Virus record (IMG/VR): IMGVR_UViG_3300032032_000001
Span: 84,365-148,364 of that record
Origin: a virus
Strand: one strand, 5' to 3'
Length of the DNA: 64,000 bases
The translations under genes were made by a program, and so were the position numbers. This document shows positions 17,042-25,538 of this stretch, piece by piece; the stretch's first letter is position 1, and each line of letters begins with the position of its first letter. The notes under the pieces are model-generated. The model had not been told where the DNA came from, ran no database searches, and saw only the letters and a program-made list of their open reading frames with translations.

Positions 17042-18642
17042 CTGTCGCCCTCTGCTTTTCGCAGTTCGTCCCAGCCGCTACCCTTGACACTTGTCACCTT
17101 AGCGGTGCGCCGTGATCTCTTGGGCTTCTTCTGCTTTGCTTGGGTTTCTTGAACTGTGTTAGCCAAGAGCGCTCTACCGTTTGCCCACTTGCGTAAGGCT
17201 TCGATCTTAGTACCCATTGTTGTTGACAGCGGGACTGTATTGGAAGCTGCGGTGACCATGTCATCACACTCCAGGTCTCTATTTTCAGCGAAAGCCTTGT
17301 ACATACCGTCCACAACAACCTGTTCAATTTCGGCACCCGTGAAGGAGTTGGTCTCCTCCGCCAGACGCTTAACGTCAAACTTGTCTGAGTCTCTACCCAG
17401 TCTGGATATGTGGATCTTGAACACTTCCTCGCGATCAACCTGTGAGGGTAGGTCTACGAAAAACAATTCGTCAAACCGGCCCTTTCGAAGCATCTCTGGC
17501 GGAAGCGCAGATACGTCATTAGCGGTAGCCACTACGAAGACCTGAGATGTCTTCTCAGACATCCAAGACAAGAAACTACCAAACACACGAGCAGATGTTC
17601 CACTGTCGTGTGACCCAGAAGCCGAACCAAAACCCTTTTCGATCTCATCGATCCAAAGGACACATGGTGAAATAGCTTCAGCGGTCTTGATAGCTTTCCT
17701 GAAATTGGCTTCAGACTGTCCAACATACTGGCCAAACAAGGCACCTACATCCATACGGAGTACGGGCATTTGCCAAGCCGAACCAATACACTTTGCAGTT
17801 AGTGATTTCCCTGTACCAGGGATACCAACAATGAGAACGCCTTTGGGGTGCGGGAGACCAAACTCCCTAGCCTCTTCAGAAAAAGCTCGACCACGCTGGT
17901 CCAACCATGTCTTAAGAGTATTCAAACCACCAACATCACCCATCGCCCGATCAACTTCATGGTACTGAAGCACGCCAGACTTGCGGATAATGTGCTTCTT
18001 CTCATCCAAAACAACGCGAGGCTCTATGCCCTCACACTTTGCTAAGGATTTCGAGAAGACGTTCTCTACTTCTGTAAGAGTTAAGCCTATAGCGGCTGAG
18101 CAACCCTCTTTGAGCATGTTATCTTTCTCTTCATCGGTTTTAGAATCCCCAAAGAAGTCTTCAATAATATGCCTGTTCCAGCGCTCTAGTTCAGATTCAT
18201 CAGGTAGATCAAAATCTACAACAGACATAATCTTCTCAAGCCGTGGGGGAACCTTTAGTTCGCTATCAATTATTACCACGGTAATACCGGGGTTCATTGT
18301 ATTGGCTAGATCCCTAAGCTTCCTCTGCACTGGATAACATGGACCCTCGTTGAGCCAGTAGCCGAAGTCCTTAAGAAGGAATACAGCTGACTGCTCATGC
18401 TCCCCGATTTTTTCGAGGATATCTAAAGGTGTCTCAACATCTGGGAAATGCTCGTTCCCACAGTATGCTCCCTCAGTGAAGCTCCACGTCCAAAGTGACG
18501 CGTTTGCTTCAGAGGATACGTTCTTTCTCTCAACGACACTTGCCAGTGCCTGCGCAACCCGATGCTCTTCGTGGCTAACCACATAGACCACCGGGTGCGC
18601 GGCTCTGACAAGAACGTCGAGTTCTTCGACGCTACGGTTCAC
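17038..18642 (-). CDS. Ycf46-type AAA+ ATPase
   Basis: N-terminal SHEEHR with degenerate domain, DVGGL, GIPGTGKS, LWIDEIEK, ATAN, LRKGRFD. Confidence 0.9.
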   Translation of the reverse strand: MNRSVEELDVLVRAAHPVVYVVSHEEHRVAQALASVVERKNVSSEANASLWTWSFTEGAYCGNEHFPDVETPLDILEKIGEHEQSAVFLLKDFGYWLNEGPCYPVQRKLRDLANTMNPGITVVIIDSELKVPPRLEKIMSVVDFDLPDESELERWNRHIIEDFFGDSKTDEEKDNMLKEGCSAAIGLTLTEVENVFSKSLAKCEGIEPRVVLDEKKHIIRKSGVLQYHEVDRAMGDVGGLNTLKTWLDQRGRAFSEEAREFGLPHPKGVLIVGIPGTGKSLTAKCIGSAWQMPVLRMDVGALFGQYVGQSEANFRKAIKTAEAISPCVLWIDEIEKGFGSASGSHDSGTSARVFGSFLSWMSEKTSQVFVVATANDVSALPPEMLRKGRFDELFFVDLPSQVDREEVFKIHISRLGRDSDKFDVKRLAEETNSFTGAEIEQVVVDGMYKAFAENRDLECDDMVTAASNTVPLSTTMGTKIEALRKWANGRALLANTVQETQAKQKKPKRSRRTAKVTSVKGSGWDELRKAEGDS

Positions 18643-19571
18643 TATTCACCCATCCGAATGCGGCGTTTCCGCTTGACGGTTGGCTTCTTAGTTTCCTTTG
18701 AGACCTCAACCGCATCGGTTGCGTCAATAATATGCAGAAGGTCCTCTGTCTCAATTTCACAGAAGTACCAACGCACAACTCGGTCAACCGCTTCGCGGTA
18801 CTCCTTGTCGAGGTCAGCATTATCCTTTGCAAGGAACGTTCTAAGCTCTTCCATCTCCTTCTTGGAGCGGTAGGTCTTAGCTCGCTTACGCTGCTTCTCC
18901 TTGGGGACCTCATCAGCACCCTGGCCAAGCATGACCTCTAGGGCCTCATCCTGTCCCTTCTCGTTGGGATTACCGTCCTCGCGGACGATCTTCGACAACT
19001 GCTTCGCCTGGGTCATTGTGATTCGACCGTGACGAAGCGCCTCAAAGGATACAGTGCTCAAGCCTTTGTAGGTTGCGCAAAGAACGCTAACCTGTGGCTG
19101 TGAGATATTCAGCATACTGGCTACAGACTGTTGATTCCCAACGCGGTCATTAAGTCGATAAATCGACTCACAACGATCCGCGAAGTTCAGCGACTTCCTC
19201 TGTAGGTTTTCTGCAATGTTTAAGGCCAAGGCATCCTCAAGAGATCCTTCATGGACACCGCATTGGATGGTATCAAAGAAACCATCACCATCGTTTCCAC
19301 GAGAGTCTCTCTCCTCAAGGATTGCTTGAACCCTACGATAACCAGCGATCAGAAGAACTCTCTCATTGCCCTTGTCATCCTGAAGGATGTGGACAATAGG
19401 GGGGTTCATCAATCCATCGGAAATGATGGAAGATCGTAGGTCTCTGGTATCGCCCACATCAGAACGGCTGTTCTTGAATCCGAGCGTATTTCTCTCAATG
19501 TCTTCAATTTTGAATGACTTTTGCGCAAGTTGCATTAGTTTCCTCCTATCTGCGTTGATAAGCGCACACAC
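18642..19571 (-). CDS. ParB/Spo0J-like protein with HTH
   Basis: GLMNPPIV, IAGYRR, ENLQRKSL ParB-box motifs; HTH QQSVASMLNISQPQVS. Confidence 0.8.
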   Translation of the reverse strand: MCALINADRRKLMQLAQKSFKIEDIERNTLGFKNSRSDVGDTRDLRSSIISDGLMNPPIVHILQDDKGNERVLLIAGYRRVQAILEERDSRGNDGDGFFDTIQCGVHEGSLEDALALNIAENLQRKSLNFADRCESIYRLNDRVGNQQSVASMLNISQPQVSVLCATYKGLSTVSFEALRHGRITMTQAKQLSKIVREDGNPNEKGQDEALEVMLGQGADEVPKEKQRKRAKTYRSKKEMEELRTFLAKDNADLDKEYREAVDRVVRWYFCEIETEDLLHIIDATDAVEVSKETKKPTVKRKRRIRMGE

Positions 19572-19645
19572 GTTACGAAAGTTTCCGGGCTGTAGTAGTC
19601 GGGATAAACCAGCCCATACTTATATCCACGTTTATTATTAATAAA

Positions 19646-19759
19646 TGACAATGTATACTCTGTCGGTGACAATTTAAAAGCTGTCATCAATTCTCCAGTT
19701 AAAACCAGCACTTATAGTAGTTCTGGTGTTTTTCGGGAGTGACAAGATTATTATTGTCA
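19646..19759. promoter_or_regulatory. Three TGACAA-N8-YTGTCR palindromes (left cluster)
   Basis: Sites at 19646-19665, 19667-19686 and 19740-19759. Confidence 0.8.
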
Positions 19760-19766
19760 CCCTTAC

Positions 19767-20843
19767 CTATGTTTTCTTCCTCGGGGAAATGTTTCTTTTC
19801 CTCCGCTGATTAACACTCTCCTTAGCGACTGCGCCGCTAGAACCTGTATATAACTTTAGGGCAGCAGGATCTCCCTCCACTCTTACAGAGTCTGGGGTTA
19901 AGATTATCCTTATCCCCGTTAGGTTGATCACTAAATCCTCCCCGTACCCTGAGCATTTTGTCAAGGCTGGGAACCACTGCCTAAGTTGTCCAATTTCATA
20001 TTGCAGGGTGCCTACGTGTGCAGGCTTAGTTGTTGGTGACTCTTGTTTAGAGTCTACCCTGAATCTATGTATCGCCTCTCTTTCAAAGCGTGTGTAGTTT
20101 ATACCTGTCAGTCTGGATACAGTCTGACTCACTCTCTCTGCTTCAGAGTTAGCTCTTACTGAGTCAGTCTTTCTACCGACTTCTTTTTCCAGAGCTAACG
20201 TCAGTCTCACAAGATCAGCACTTCTTCTCTTAATGTCCTCTGCTTGTTCTCTGAACCATGCAAATTCCTTAAGAGCATCATCTAGCTTATCCTGAGTATC
20301 TAACTTGTAGTCAGTAGTTCCACTACATCTTTCTTCTCTCATATCGTGTATTTTACGAATTAATTCTTCCGATTCCAATACAAGTGTTTCCTGATCAGAA
20401 AGTAACTTTCCTAAGTCTACTTCGTCTTTTTCAACAGTACCACCTAACATCTCTACTCTAGAATTAAATATAGAGAAGTCAGTTTTACTGAGAGAAAAGT
20501 TCTGTAGGCAAGATCTAGGTTTTGCTACCAGTACTTGAGGGATACTTCTACCTATATAGGGTCTTTGACTTCTGTAAGAAGCTAACCCTAAAACAAGTGT
20601 AGCTGTTTCAGCATCCATTACTCTGTAAGGCATGGATACTTGGACATGGTCGTTCTCAGTTAATTTCCAGAGATACACATGTCCCTTCTCTATAGGGGTA
20701 AGGTCATCATCGTAAAAAGCTATCTCTTCAGGATCAGCTGGGTCACAGAATAAGTTCTGCGAGTACTCAGAGGTACGTTTTGTGATGAGACCTTTGATTA
20801 GTATAGGTGGGTTTGCCCTATCGTTCACAAACCGTAATTCCAT
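19767..20843 (-). CDS. Hypothetical coiled-coil protein
   Basis: 358-aa ORF with AAGGAG SD and its own promoter-like motif; atypical composition. Confidence 0.7.
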   Translation of the reverse strand: MELRFVNDRANPPILIKGLITKRTSEYSQNLFCDPADPEEIAFYDDDLTPIEKGHVYLWKLTENDHVQVSMPYRVMDAETATLVLGLASYRSQRPYIGRSIPQVLVAKPRSCLQNFSLSKTDFSIFNSRVEMLGGTVEKDEVDLGKLLSDQETLVLESEELIRKIHDMREERCSGTTDYKLDTQDKLDDALKEFAWFREQAEDIKRRSADLVRLTLALEKEVGRKTDSVRANSEAERVSQTVSRLTGINYTRFEREAIHRFRVDSKQESPTTKPAHVGTLQYEIGQLRQWFPALTKCSGYGEDLVINLTGIRIILTPDSVRVEGDPAALKLYTGSSGAVAKESVNQRRKRNISPRKKT

Positions 20844-20880
20844 ATTGTCTCCTTATGCAGTTCAAAGATCTAAGAGGGGG

Positions 20881-20994
20881 TGACAAGTTAATGGTTGTCA
20901 GACCCCTTATACCACAAATCGTTCCTAAGTAGGCGTAGATACTACGTTTCTTGTGGCAAGTTAAAGGTTGTCAGTGACAGGTTTCCACTTGTCA
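20881..20994. promoter_or_regulatory. Three TGRCAR-N8-TTGTCA palindromes (right cluster)
   Basis: Sites at 20881-20900, 20954-20973 and 20975-20994. Confidence 0.8.
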
Positions 20995-21089
20995 CCTCAT
21001 TAGTAAAGAATAAAAAGTTGCCCGTCAGTAGAGGAGGCAGCCACCCCTTTGGATGACTGCCCCCTCTACTTTGGACGGGAGGCTGTTGA

Positions 21090-21833
21090 CTACTTCTGAG
21101 CGGCTGCCTGTCGTCCCTTACGCGCCTTACGAACACGCTTGAACTTCAGTCCAGCAGACTTCATCAGGTGGACGTGAGCCTCGGTTAGAGCCGAAGTCAA
21201 AGCGATCTCATCGCTCTCACCATCCCATTCACCCTCAGTCGCCTTAGCGTACGTGGGCTGCACGTACCTTGAGATCGCCTTAGGCACATCCACTTCGAAC
21301 CTCAGACCGCGAGATGCAGCCAAGTTGACAACGAACGCCTTGACGCCAAGAAGGGCGTACAGGTTCCGATCCTCAGGGGTGATATCCCCCTCAGACACGG
21401 ACAGTCCGGTGTCACGCTCAAGCGTGGACTTCAACTCCTGCCAGCGGTCTAGCCCCTGAAGGATGATTGCGCCGGAGATTGCCTTGCTAACGAAGTTCTT
21501 TCGACCTTCGAACAGCTGCTCTCTCGTAGGCTTCACAGTGCCCTTACCCCAACCACCTTGAACGATAAAGTTCAAAGCAGCAGTTCCCGTAAAGAAACCG
21601 TTGGTCTCCAGGGTTAGTGCAAACTTGCAACGCTTTCCTCCAGAAGACACAGGGGTGCCAACATAGAGGATAGAACCATCCTCACGGGTCTGCTTCATCA
21701 GATCCGTAGAGGTTGTGGCCCCAGACGGTGCCTCGTGCTCGACAGTGATAACGTCGGGCGCTCGTTGTGGGTCAACCAGACCGCACATAGGGAGTCCTGT
21801 GGACCAGGACTTTTTCTTGTCAAAACCGCTCAT
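21090..21833 (-). CDS. Hypothetical protein with basic C-terminus
   Basis: AAGGAGG SD before ATG 21833; followed by hairpin at about 21027-21070. Confidence 0.7.
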   Translation of the reverse strand: MSGFDKKKSWSTGLPMCGLVDPQRAPDVITVEHEAPSGATTSTDLMKQTREDGSILYVGTPVSSGGKRCKFALTLETNGFFTGTAALNFIVQGGWGKGTVKPTREQLFEGRKNFVSKAISGAIILQGLDRWQELKSTLERDTGLSVSEGDITPEDRNLYALLGVKAFVVNLAASRGLRFEVDVPKAISRYVQPTYAKATEGEWDGESDEIALTSALTEAHVHLMKSAGLKFKRVRKARKGRQAAAQK

Positions 21834-21875
21834 AATAGCCTCCTTCACATATGTGATTGTTTTTTTTACGGTTGC

Positions 21876-22553
21876 CTAATTGGCTACAGTTGTGATGACT
21901 TGATTCATAAAGATATTAGCGAAATCAATTTCCGCAGAATCAAAACGAATCTCCTCACCGATAATACTCTTTGCAAGCAAGGAGCAGATGATCGAAGATA
22001 AGCCGTACGCACAGAAGACCGTCGCCTTCTCAGTACAGGGGAGCGCTACCGCTTCATCATCGGAGAACAAGCTTGCCTCGTACTTTTCGATAGACTTACG
22101 GTTAGACTTGTCTACAAAGAAGACTTGCCCAAACCGTGCGGCCATCCGGCCATCGATAAAGTATCTGGAAGATGTACTCATGAGGAAAGATTCAAATATG
22201 GCCTTTCGAGAAGCCATATTATCCACAGCAGAAACTACGTACACTTCGTCAAACTTGTGTCCGTCCTCTACCCTTTTGTCCTCAGCAATGATTTCAGCAC
22301 CAGTGCCTTCTGTAAGACGCTTAGCTATTGCTTCACATTTCTTATACCCGATTTCAGGTATGAAATAGCCTTGATTGGCTAGGTTATGCATCTCCACCGT
22401 GTCATCATCGAAGACCCGAATTTTGCGCACACCCATCTTAGTCATAGCCTCCGCAGTATGGGAGCCAATAGCCCCCACACCCACAACAGCTACCGTAGTA
22501 TTATTAATGAGTTCGTCAGGAATGATTCCACTCTGCCTTGTTGTATCAATCAT
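21876..22553 (-). CDS. E1-like (ThiF family) Ubl-activating enzyme
   Basis: VGVGAIGS, DDDTVEMHNLANQ, AVDNMASR, IDGRM, candidate catalytic Cys in LPCTEKAT. Confidence 0.9.
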   Translation of the reverse strand: MIDTTRQSGIIPDELINNTTVAVVGVGAIGSHTAEAMTKMGVRKIRVFDDDTVEMHNLANQGYFIPEIGYKKCEAIAKRLTEGTGAEIIAEDKRVEDGHKFDEVYVVSAVDNMASRKAIFESFLMSTSSRYFIDGRMAARFGQVFFVDKSNRKSIEKYEASLFSDDEAVALPCTEKATVFCAYGLSSIICSLLAKSIIGEEIRFDSAEIDFANIFMNQVITTVAN

Positions 22554-23547
22554 CTAATTCCTCCTTTTTCTCATCCTCATCCTCTTGCGCCATATAGGCC
22601 TCATAATCAGAACCATCGTCGTCTTTAGTTGGGGTAACCAACTCTTCGACATCTACACCGTGCACAAGCTCAAGCTCCTGCAAGAGTTCTTCTTTTGAGA
22701 TCTCTTGCGCGTAGAACTTGGTGTAAAGCTCCATGGCATCATTGGCTCCGATATCATTTCCATCGTAAGCCTTCTGTAGCTCAGGAAGCTCAAAGGGGAA
22801 GTCGAGGGCCTCAATAACCTCCTCAACCTTTCCAGCAGCATCATATGCACCATGGACTCCTCCCATAGCCCAATCCGTATCGTCGTCCATTGCCCAGGAT
22901 GTGTCGTAAACCTGACCACCAGTACCGATGCGGGTATACCCACTACCGGTGTACCAACTCTTTGTTTTTGCGGCGGGAGCCTTAGTCACACTGATACGCT
23001 CGGCGCGGAAGGTTGCCTTCTCTACATACTTCTCAATAATGTCTTCCGCCCAGCCATCTGGGAGGATGTCAATTTGATCAACAGCATATGAGCACTTCTC
23101 AAACGAGTACCGAATAGGTGACATCATGTCGATTCTCAGATTGAGATCACCCTTCTTATTGGTGATCACAGAGATACACACCGAATCAAAATCAAACTTC
23201 TCAATTTGACTCTCATCAGTACCGCTGTGTCCCGTGTCCATGTTTACGTGACTATGCCACCAAACAACAATCTGCTCAGACTTGATCCCCTTCTCCCGTA
23301 GGTCGAAAGTTAGATCCACAAGAGCTTCGTCATCTAGAACAGTGGATGTCCCAGAGCACAACTGCTTAACAGGGAAGAACTCTGTTACGTAGAAGTCTTC
23401 ACCGACTCCCGCGTCATCCTTTTCTTCTTCGGTGGCGATGATTCCCATCGCACTTATTTCAATGTCACATTTATTTGTTAGTCTAAACATTTGCTGGTAG
23501 GCCTTCTGGGAAAACCTAACCGTCGGCTTGCTGAGTACTTTCATCAA
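22546..23547 (-). CDS. JAB/JAMM metallo-isopeptidase with acidic tail
   Basis: Upstream Glu (DIEISA) plus HSH-x7-S-x2-D (WWHSHVNMDTGHSGTD). Confidence 0.9.
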   Translation of the reverse strand: MMKVLSKPTVRFSQKAYQQMFRLTNKCDIEISAMGIIATEEEKDDAGVGEDFYVTEFFPVKQLCSGTSTVLDDEALVDLTFDLREKGIKSEQIVVWWHSHVNMDTGHSGTDESQIEKFDFDSVCISVITNKKGDLNLRIDMMSPIRYSFEKCSYAVDQIDILPDGWAEDIIEKYVEKATFRAERISVTKAPAAKTKSWYTGSGYTRIGTGGQVYDTSWAMDDDTDWAMGGVHGAYDAAGKVEEVIEALDFPFELPELQKAYDGNDIGANDAMELYTKFYAQEISKEELLQELELVHGVDVEELVTPTKDDDGSDYEAYMAQEDEDEKKEELDD

Positions 23548-24610
23548 TAACTCCTAGTTTCTGTATTTGGGTAACTGCCGCTTTAGCGACATCAATAAAT
23601 TCTACAAATTCACCCAAAACACAGGACCCCTTAGAGAGTCCCGGGTGGGAGTTTCGATGCCAGCGCATACATTCAGATGCACTCATTCCACAGTCCTCAA
23701 CAGGACCAGTACTTTCACAGCCACACTTGTCTATCCAAAGACCCTTCCCACATGCACAGAGCTTGTGGTCCCAGCGATTCGCTATGCCAAACTTATGTAG
23801 TCGCGCATACGGATCGACGTGGTTGTATGTGATTAAATATTCTGTGGTTGTTACTATTACGTTAGCGATGTCTTTGTTCTTCATGTGCTGAAGAAGCATC
23901 CTCTGAACGTTCCCCAAGCAGGGACTACCATCTGTTTGGATATGCGGATGGGAGTACGATGAGAAGCTGATATTGTTACCCGCTTGTCGGAACGAGGCTG
24001 TAACGCCCTGAAAACCATTCGCTTGGTAAGTGTAACGGATCTCTACCTTGAACTTACCAAAGACCTGATCAAGGAAGCCTCCGAAGCCATCCTTCAGCTT
24101 AATTGTGTTTGTTGTCCACGATAGAATTGAGACCCCGCTTATGGGATCCTCAACATAGTTTACCGGGACGCGCTTATCTATAAACGAGTCAACTGACTTA
24201 AGCATGAACGCTCTATTAGAGAGCGAGGACTCATCGTATAGATCATCAAAATTCGACAGAAACGAATTCTTAGAATGAATCTCCGCAGACAGGTTACGCT
24301 GCTCATCAGCTAACTGGCTAACACGGGACGACTTATCCAGGTACTTACGCCTTGCAATCTCACTTCTTGACTTGGCCGCCATGTAATCAGAGTACTTCTG
24401 GATCTCACGGCTTTTCTGTTTTTCATATATTCTTTGCCGAGCGGCAGCCTTTGCTTCAACAGCTTCTTGACTCTTCACTACTTGTGCGAGCCTCTTACCA
24501 AGACGCTCACTGTCTTCACGTGCGGATGAAGCGGCAGACTCTACAATACTGTCTAGATCTTTTATTAATGTCTCATCTTCGGCACACAGCCGAATAGAAA
24601 ATGCGTTCAT
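23516..24610 (-). CDS. E2-like conjugating enzyme with N-terminal coiled coil and C-terminal Cys/His cluster
   Basis: HPHIQTDGSPCLGN parallels the E2 HPN...G.ICL active site; YNHVDPY. Confidence 0.75.
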   Translation of the reverse strand: MNAFSIRLCAEDETLIKDLDSIVESAASSAREDSERLGKRLAQVVKSQEAVEAKAAARQRIYEKQKSREIQKYSDYMAAKSRSEIARRKYLDKSSRVSQLADEQRNLSAEIHSKNSFLSNFDDLYDESSLSNRAFMLKSVDSFIDKRVPVNYVEDPISGVSILSWTTNTIKLKDGFGGFLDQVFGKFKVEIRYTYQANGFQGVTASFRQAGNNISFSSYSHPHIQTDGSPCLGNVQRMLLQHMKNKDIANVIVTTTEYLITYNHVDPYARLHKFGIANRWDHKLCACGKGLWIDKCGCESTGPVEDCGMSASECMRWHRNSHPGLSKGSCVLGEFVEFIDVAKAAVTQIQKLGVIDESTQQADG

Positions 24611-24630
24611 TCCACACCTCCATGGGTTCC

Positions 24631-24663
24631 AAAAAAAAGGGGGAGGACAAAAGCCCTCCCCCC
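24631..24663 (-). terminator. Intrinsic terminator between Ubl and E2 genes
   Basis: Minus strand GGGGGAGGGC-TTTT-GTCCTCCCCC followed by T8. Confidence 0.8.
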
Positions 24664-24683
24664 AGAATTATTAACAAGTAATA

Positions 24684-25136
24684 CTAGATTCCACCGGCAA
24701 CCTTTTGTGCGATGAAAATCTCGTGCTCACCCGGACCAACTGCTTGGGACAGGTCAGTAATCTCTACGGTCTGCCCAGGGCCAACACGACGTTTAAAAGT
24801 AACGTCATCAGTTGACCAGCTCAGGGAGTGCATAAGGTCGGCAACAGAAGTGTGCGCCGGAACCTCTACACACCGATCACTCTTACCGCTGCGGATTAAC
24901 GAAACAACACAGAATTCTGCGTCGCCCTTAGCCTCGGAGGACATGCTAGACGCCGCTTCCTTAGCTTCGGCCTCCTCTAACGCCGATGTCTTAGTGGCTA
25001 CCATTTTCTGCAAAGCGGAAAGCTTATCCATAGCGGGTTGACTAAAGTTCTCAGCAAGCTCTTTGTATTGAGCGTCACGCTGTGTGGTGGTTTCTTCTAG
25101 GTCCGTTTTCAGACGGGCCAGATTATCATTTGCCAT
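24684..25136 (-). CDS. Ubiquitin-like protein (coiled coil plus beta-grasp, C-terminal GG-I)
   Basis: VEVPAHTSVADL beta-grasp pattern; ends IFIAQKVAGGI; adjacent to E2/JAB/E1. Confidence 0.8.
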   Translation of the reverse strand: MANDNLARLKTDLEETTTQRDAQYKELAENFSQPAMDKLSALQKMVATKTSALEEAEAKEAASSMSSEAKGDAEFCVVSLIRSGKSDRCVEVPAHTSVADLMHSLSWSTDDVTFKRRVGPGQTVEITDLSQAVGPGEHEIFIAQKVAGGI

Positions 25137-25488
25137 TAGGCGTCTCCTTTTCCCACAGGAACTGTGGAAATGTTTTTGTTATTTCTTTTGTAATAGATTC
25201 CGGTGTCTCACCAGACCACATAACCACAGAGGACTCCCCTGCGTTTATCCTAGTAGCCCCGCCCCCTGGTTCTGGGTTTGCGGACTCGGACCTGTTGGTA
25301 GTTGTTGCCGAAGCTGTATATCCAAGCCTATCCAACAGCTCTCCCTCAACTTTAGGCTCAGGCCCAAAGTAAAGAGTCACAGTCCAATTCTTGAATTCTG
25401 TAGTTTTGACAGTTCTCTGTTTTCCAAGCGCCGCCGCTATATTATGGGGCGTTGGATGATCGGGGATATTCTCGTCCGATTTCATCAA
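25126..25488 (-). CDS. Hypothetical protein
   Basis: GGAG SD, overlaps the Ubl start. Confidence 0.55.
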   Translation of the reverse strand: MMKSDENIPDHPTPHNIAAALGKQRTVKTTEFKNWTVTLYFGPEPKVEGELLDRLGYTASATTTNRSESANPEPGGGATRINAGESSVVMWSGETPESITKEITKTFPQFLWEKETPNGK

Positions 25489-25538
25489 TTCTCCACTAAT
25501 TCCCGACTACTGAGAAAGTGTGGATCTCCCAAGGTGTG

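Noticed and set aside
19646-20994. Palindrome arrays as recombinase sites that invert the enclosed gene
   Set aside because: The inner-site spacers (GATTATTA versus GTTAATGG) match in neither orientation, not even at the central dinucleotide, and no recombinase or transposase is in the window. Not fully excluded without read data.
22341-22369. GGTATAAG inside E1 (also at 53426 and inside tRNA-Ile)
   Set aside because: Explained by coding or tRNA sequence, with no exact GCAA box at the right distance
21876-22553. ThiF/MoeB for thiamine or molybdopterin synthesis
   Set aside because: No ThiG, MoaE or sulfurtransferase context; neighbours are E2-like and JAB genes, and the Ubl has a blocked GG-I end
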